DNA of 64,000 nucleotides from Candidatus Cloacimonadales bacterium (GTDB lineage Bacteria; Cloacimonadota; Cloacimonadia; Cloacimonadales; JAFGVF01): NCBI GenBank assembly GCA_963678315.1, contig OY782781.1, positions 1,632,001 to 1,696,000 of the forward strand, read 5' to 3'. Shown piece by piece: positions 62,136 to 64,000 of this stretch (position 1 is its first letter; each line of letters starts with the position of its first letter). The notes under the pieces were generated by a model. It saw only the letters and a program-made list of their open reading frames with translations, ran no database searches and was not told where the DNA came from. The position numbers and the translations under genes were made by a program.

Positions 62136-62734
62136 AGAAATATCTGATTATTACATTGCTTGTATCACTTTTGGCAATTGTAGGATGCTCTACAACTAAA
62201 GAAGTTAATAGAGTTGCAACTGATACACAAATAGACCTTAGTGGTAGATGGAATGATACTGATTCTAGGCTTGTATCAGAAGATATTGTTAAAAAGATGC
62301 TAACTGGAAACTGGTTACAAAACTATATTATGGAAAATGGTAAAAAACCATTTGTAACAGTTGGCGACATTAAGAACAAAACAAGCGAACATATTGAGAC
62401 AAAGACATTTGTTAAAGATATTCAAAAAGAAATTATCAACTCAGGTAAGATTTCTTTTGTTGCTAGTAAAAAAGAAAGACAAGAAATTAGAGAAGAAAGA
62501 TTAGAACAACAATCATTTGCTTCAGAAGAAACAGCAAAACAGTTAGCTGAAGAAATTGGTGCAGATTTTATTCTACAAGGCTCTATCTCTTCAATAGAAG
62601 ATACTTATGATAATCAAAAAGTTGTATTCTATACAGTTGATTTACAATTAGTTAATACAGAAACTAATGAAATTGTCTGGAACGATGATGCTGAGCAAAA
62701 GAAACAAGTAACTAAGAAAAAATATAAATTCTAA
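62132..62734 (+). CDS. Penicillin-binding protein activator LpoB family lipoprotein
   Basis: Lipobox IVGC, DLSGRWNDTDS, NKTSEHI, GADFILQGSI. Confidence 0.85.
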   Translation: MKKYLIITLLVSLLAIVGCSTTKEVNRVATDTQIDLSGRWNDTDSRLVSEDIVKKMLTGNWLQNYIMENGKKPFVTVGDIKNKTSEHIETKTFVKDIQKEIINSGKISFVASKKERQEIREERLEQQSFASEETAKQLAEEIGADFILQGSISSIEDTYDNQKVVFYTVDLQLVNTETNEIVWNDDAEQKKQVTKKKYKF

Positions 62735-62811
62735 TAAATAAAGTAAATTTAGCCTAGAGTTCATATTTGTTCTCTAGGCTTCTATATATAGGGCTGTTTC
62801 AAGGAGTATAG

Positions 62812-64000
62812 ATGAAGAAGATTGTGTTTGTTTTGTTTGTTTTAATTGCTATACTTATGAGTGCTTGTACTTCCATGAGAACTAATGACCAGTATAAAGA
62901 AGCTCTTTTTGCAAATATCGCAAGTGAAAACTATCAGGGTGCTATCAATATTATTGAACAACATAAAGAAGATTGCTTCTCAGAAAAAGATAGAGTTTTA
63001 TATTATCTCTATATGGGTATTTTAAACCACTATAATAGCAATTATCAAGAAAGTACAAACTTTCTAAATTTAGCAGAAGAATCAATTGATGAATTATATA
63101 CTGAATCTGTTGCTAAAGCAGCTGGCTCAATGCTTTTGAACGATAATACTTTAGCTTATACAGGTGAAGATTATGAAAATATCTATGTGAATATTATTAA
63201 ATGTCTTAATTATATAGCTCTGGATGATCAAGAGGCTGCCTTTGTTGAAGTTAGAAAAGTTAATGAGAAACTACAAGTACTCGAAGATTTATATAGAGAG
63301 TATGTAGAAGAATTAAATCAGTCTGATGATGCTAAGATACAATTAGAAGCAGAATCAAGTGTTTTCATGGATTCTGCATTAGCTCGTTATTTAAGCATGC
63401 TTTTATATAGAGCAGATGATGAACTTGACGATGCAAAAATTGATAAACGTTACTTACAACAAGCTTTCTTCTCACAAGAAAATATATATGACTTTCCTGT
63501 ACCAAAACTAAAGAATGTGCTAGATATTCCTAAAGGAAAAACAAAACTAAATGTTATAGCTTTAACTGGTCTGTCTCCAGAAAAAGAAGCAGTAGATTTT
63601 AGACTTGCTACTGGGGTTGACCAAGTGGGTGTATTTAGATCTGATCAGCAGGAAACAGATGGCGAAGTTATTTTCTTCCCTGGTGTAGAACCTGGATACT
63701 ATTTTAAGTTTTCAGTAGCTAAAATTAAGGCTAAGTCTTCACTTGTAGATAATATTGTTGTGGAAGCTAATAATCAAGAGATTGGACGTCTTTCTAAACT
63801 AGAAGATGTTAACAATATTGCAGTTCTTACCTTTGAAAAGAAAGCTAAAATGGCCTTTGTAAGAGCTATTACTAGAACAACTATCAAAGGAATCGCATCC
63901 ATTTTAGCTCAAAAGAAGATAGAAAAAGAAACTAATGAGTTTGGTGGATTCTTGGCTAAGATTGCAACTGCTGCACTAACAGAAGCATCTGAAGCTGCTG
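62812..64000 (+). CDS. COG3014-family lipoprotein (runs off the window end)
   Basis: AAGGAG RBS, ATG 62812, lipobox MSAC, and LLNDNTLAYTGEDYE...AFVEVRK. No stop seen before 64000. Confidence 0.8.
   Translation, partial: MKKIVFVLFVLIAILMSACTSMRTNDQYKEALFANIASENYQGAINIIEQHKEDCFSEKDRVLYYLYMGILNHYNSNYQESTNFLNLAEESIDELYTESVAKAAGSMLLNDNTLAYTGEDYENIYVNIIKCLNYIALDDQEAAFVEVRKVNEKLQVLEDLYREYVEELNQSDDAKIQLEAESSVFMDSALARYLSMLLYRADDELDDAKIDKRYLQQAFFSQENIYDFPVPKLKNVLDIPKGKTKLNVIALTGLSPEKEAVDFRLATGVDQVGVFRSDQQETDGEVIFFPGVEPGYYFKFSVAKIKAKSSLVDNIVVEANNQEIGRLSKLEDVNNIAVLTFEKKAKMAFVRAITRTTIKGIASILAQKKIEKETNEFGGFLAKIATAALTEASEAA

Overview
AT-rich bacterial chromosomal window. It is probably from Cloacimonadota or a related FCB lineage; this is inferred from three secreted proteins with YPNP(F)N-type C-terminal sorting domains, diderm envelope genes and gene content. 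The housekeeping backbone includes nth, a cold-shock protein, a YgiQ radical SAM enzyme, a hybrid sensor kinase, IclR plus acetoin reductase, rsmA, uvrA, rpsT, LPS/glycosyltransferases, a Dna2-like nuclease-helicase, potDABC plus a secreted agmatine deiminase, GH20 and LpoB/COG3014. Three accessory zones interrupt it: (i) an ABC/AAA ATPase plus putative PD-(D/E)xK nuclease pair at 0.9-2.9 kb; (ii) an integrase-less island downstream of tRNA-Arg(CCT) with two PD-(D/E)xK nucleases, a degenerate PLD-like protein, an IS4 element with 10-bp target duplication and gene remnants; (iii) a type I restriction-modification locus. In that locus a REP-associated HUH/Y1 tyrosine transposase (RAYT), flanked by a 156-bp tandem array of hairpins, sits between hsdS and hsdR. 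Related GC-rich hairpins with a shared foot motif and co-varying stems recur in at least five other intergenic clusters, some with different cassettes inserted at the hairpin loop. The RAYT/array/RM module and its dispersed hairpin family is the best candidate for an undescribed system. No CRISPR array or rRNA is present. All family assignments come from motif recognition by eye; no database searches were run.
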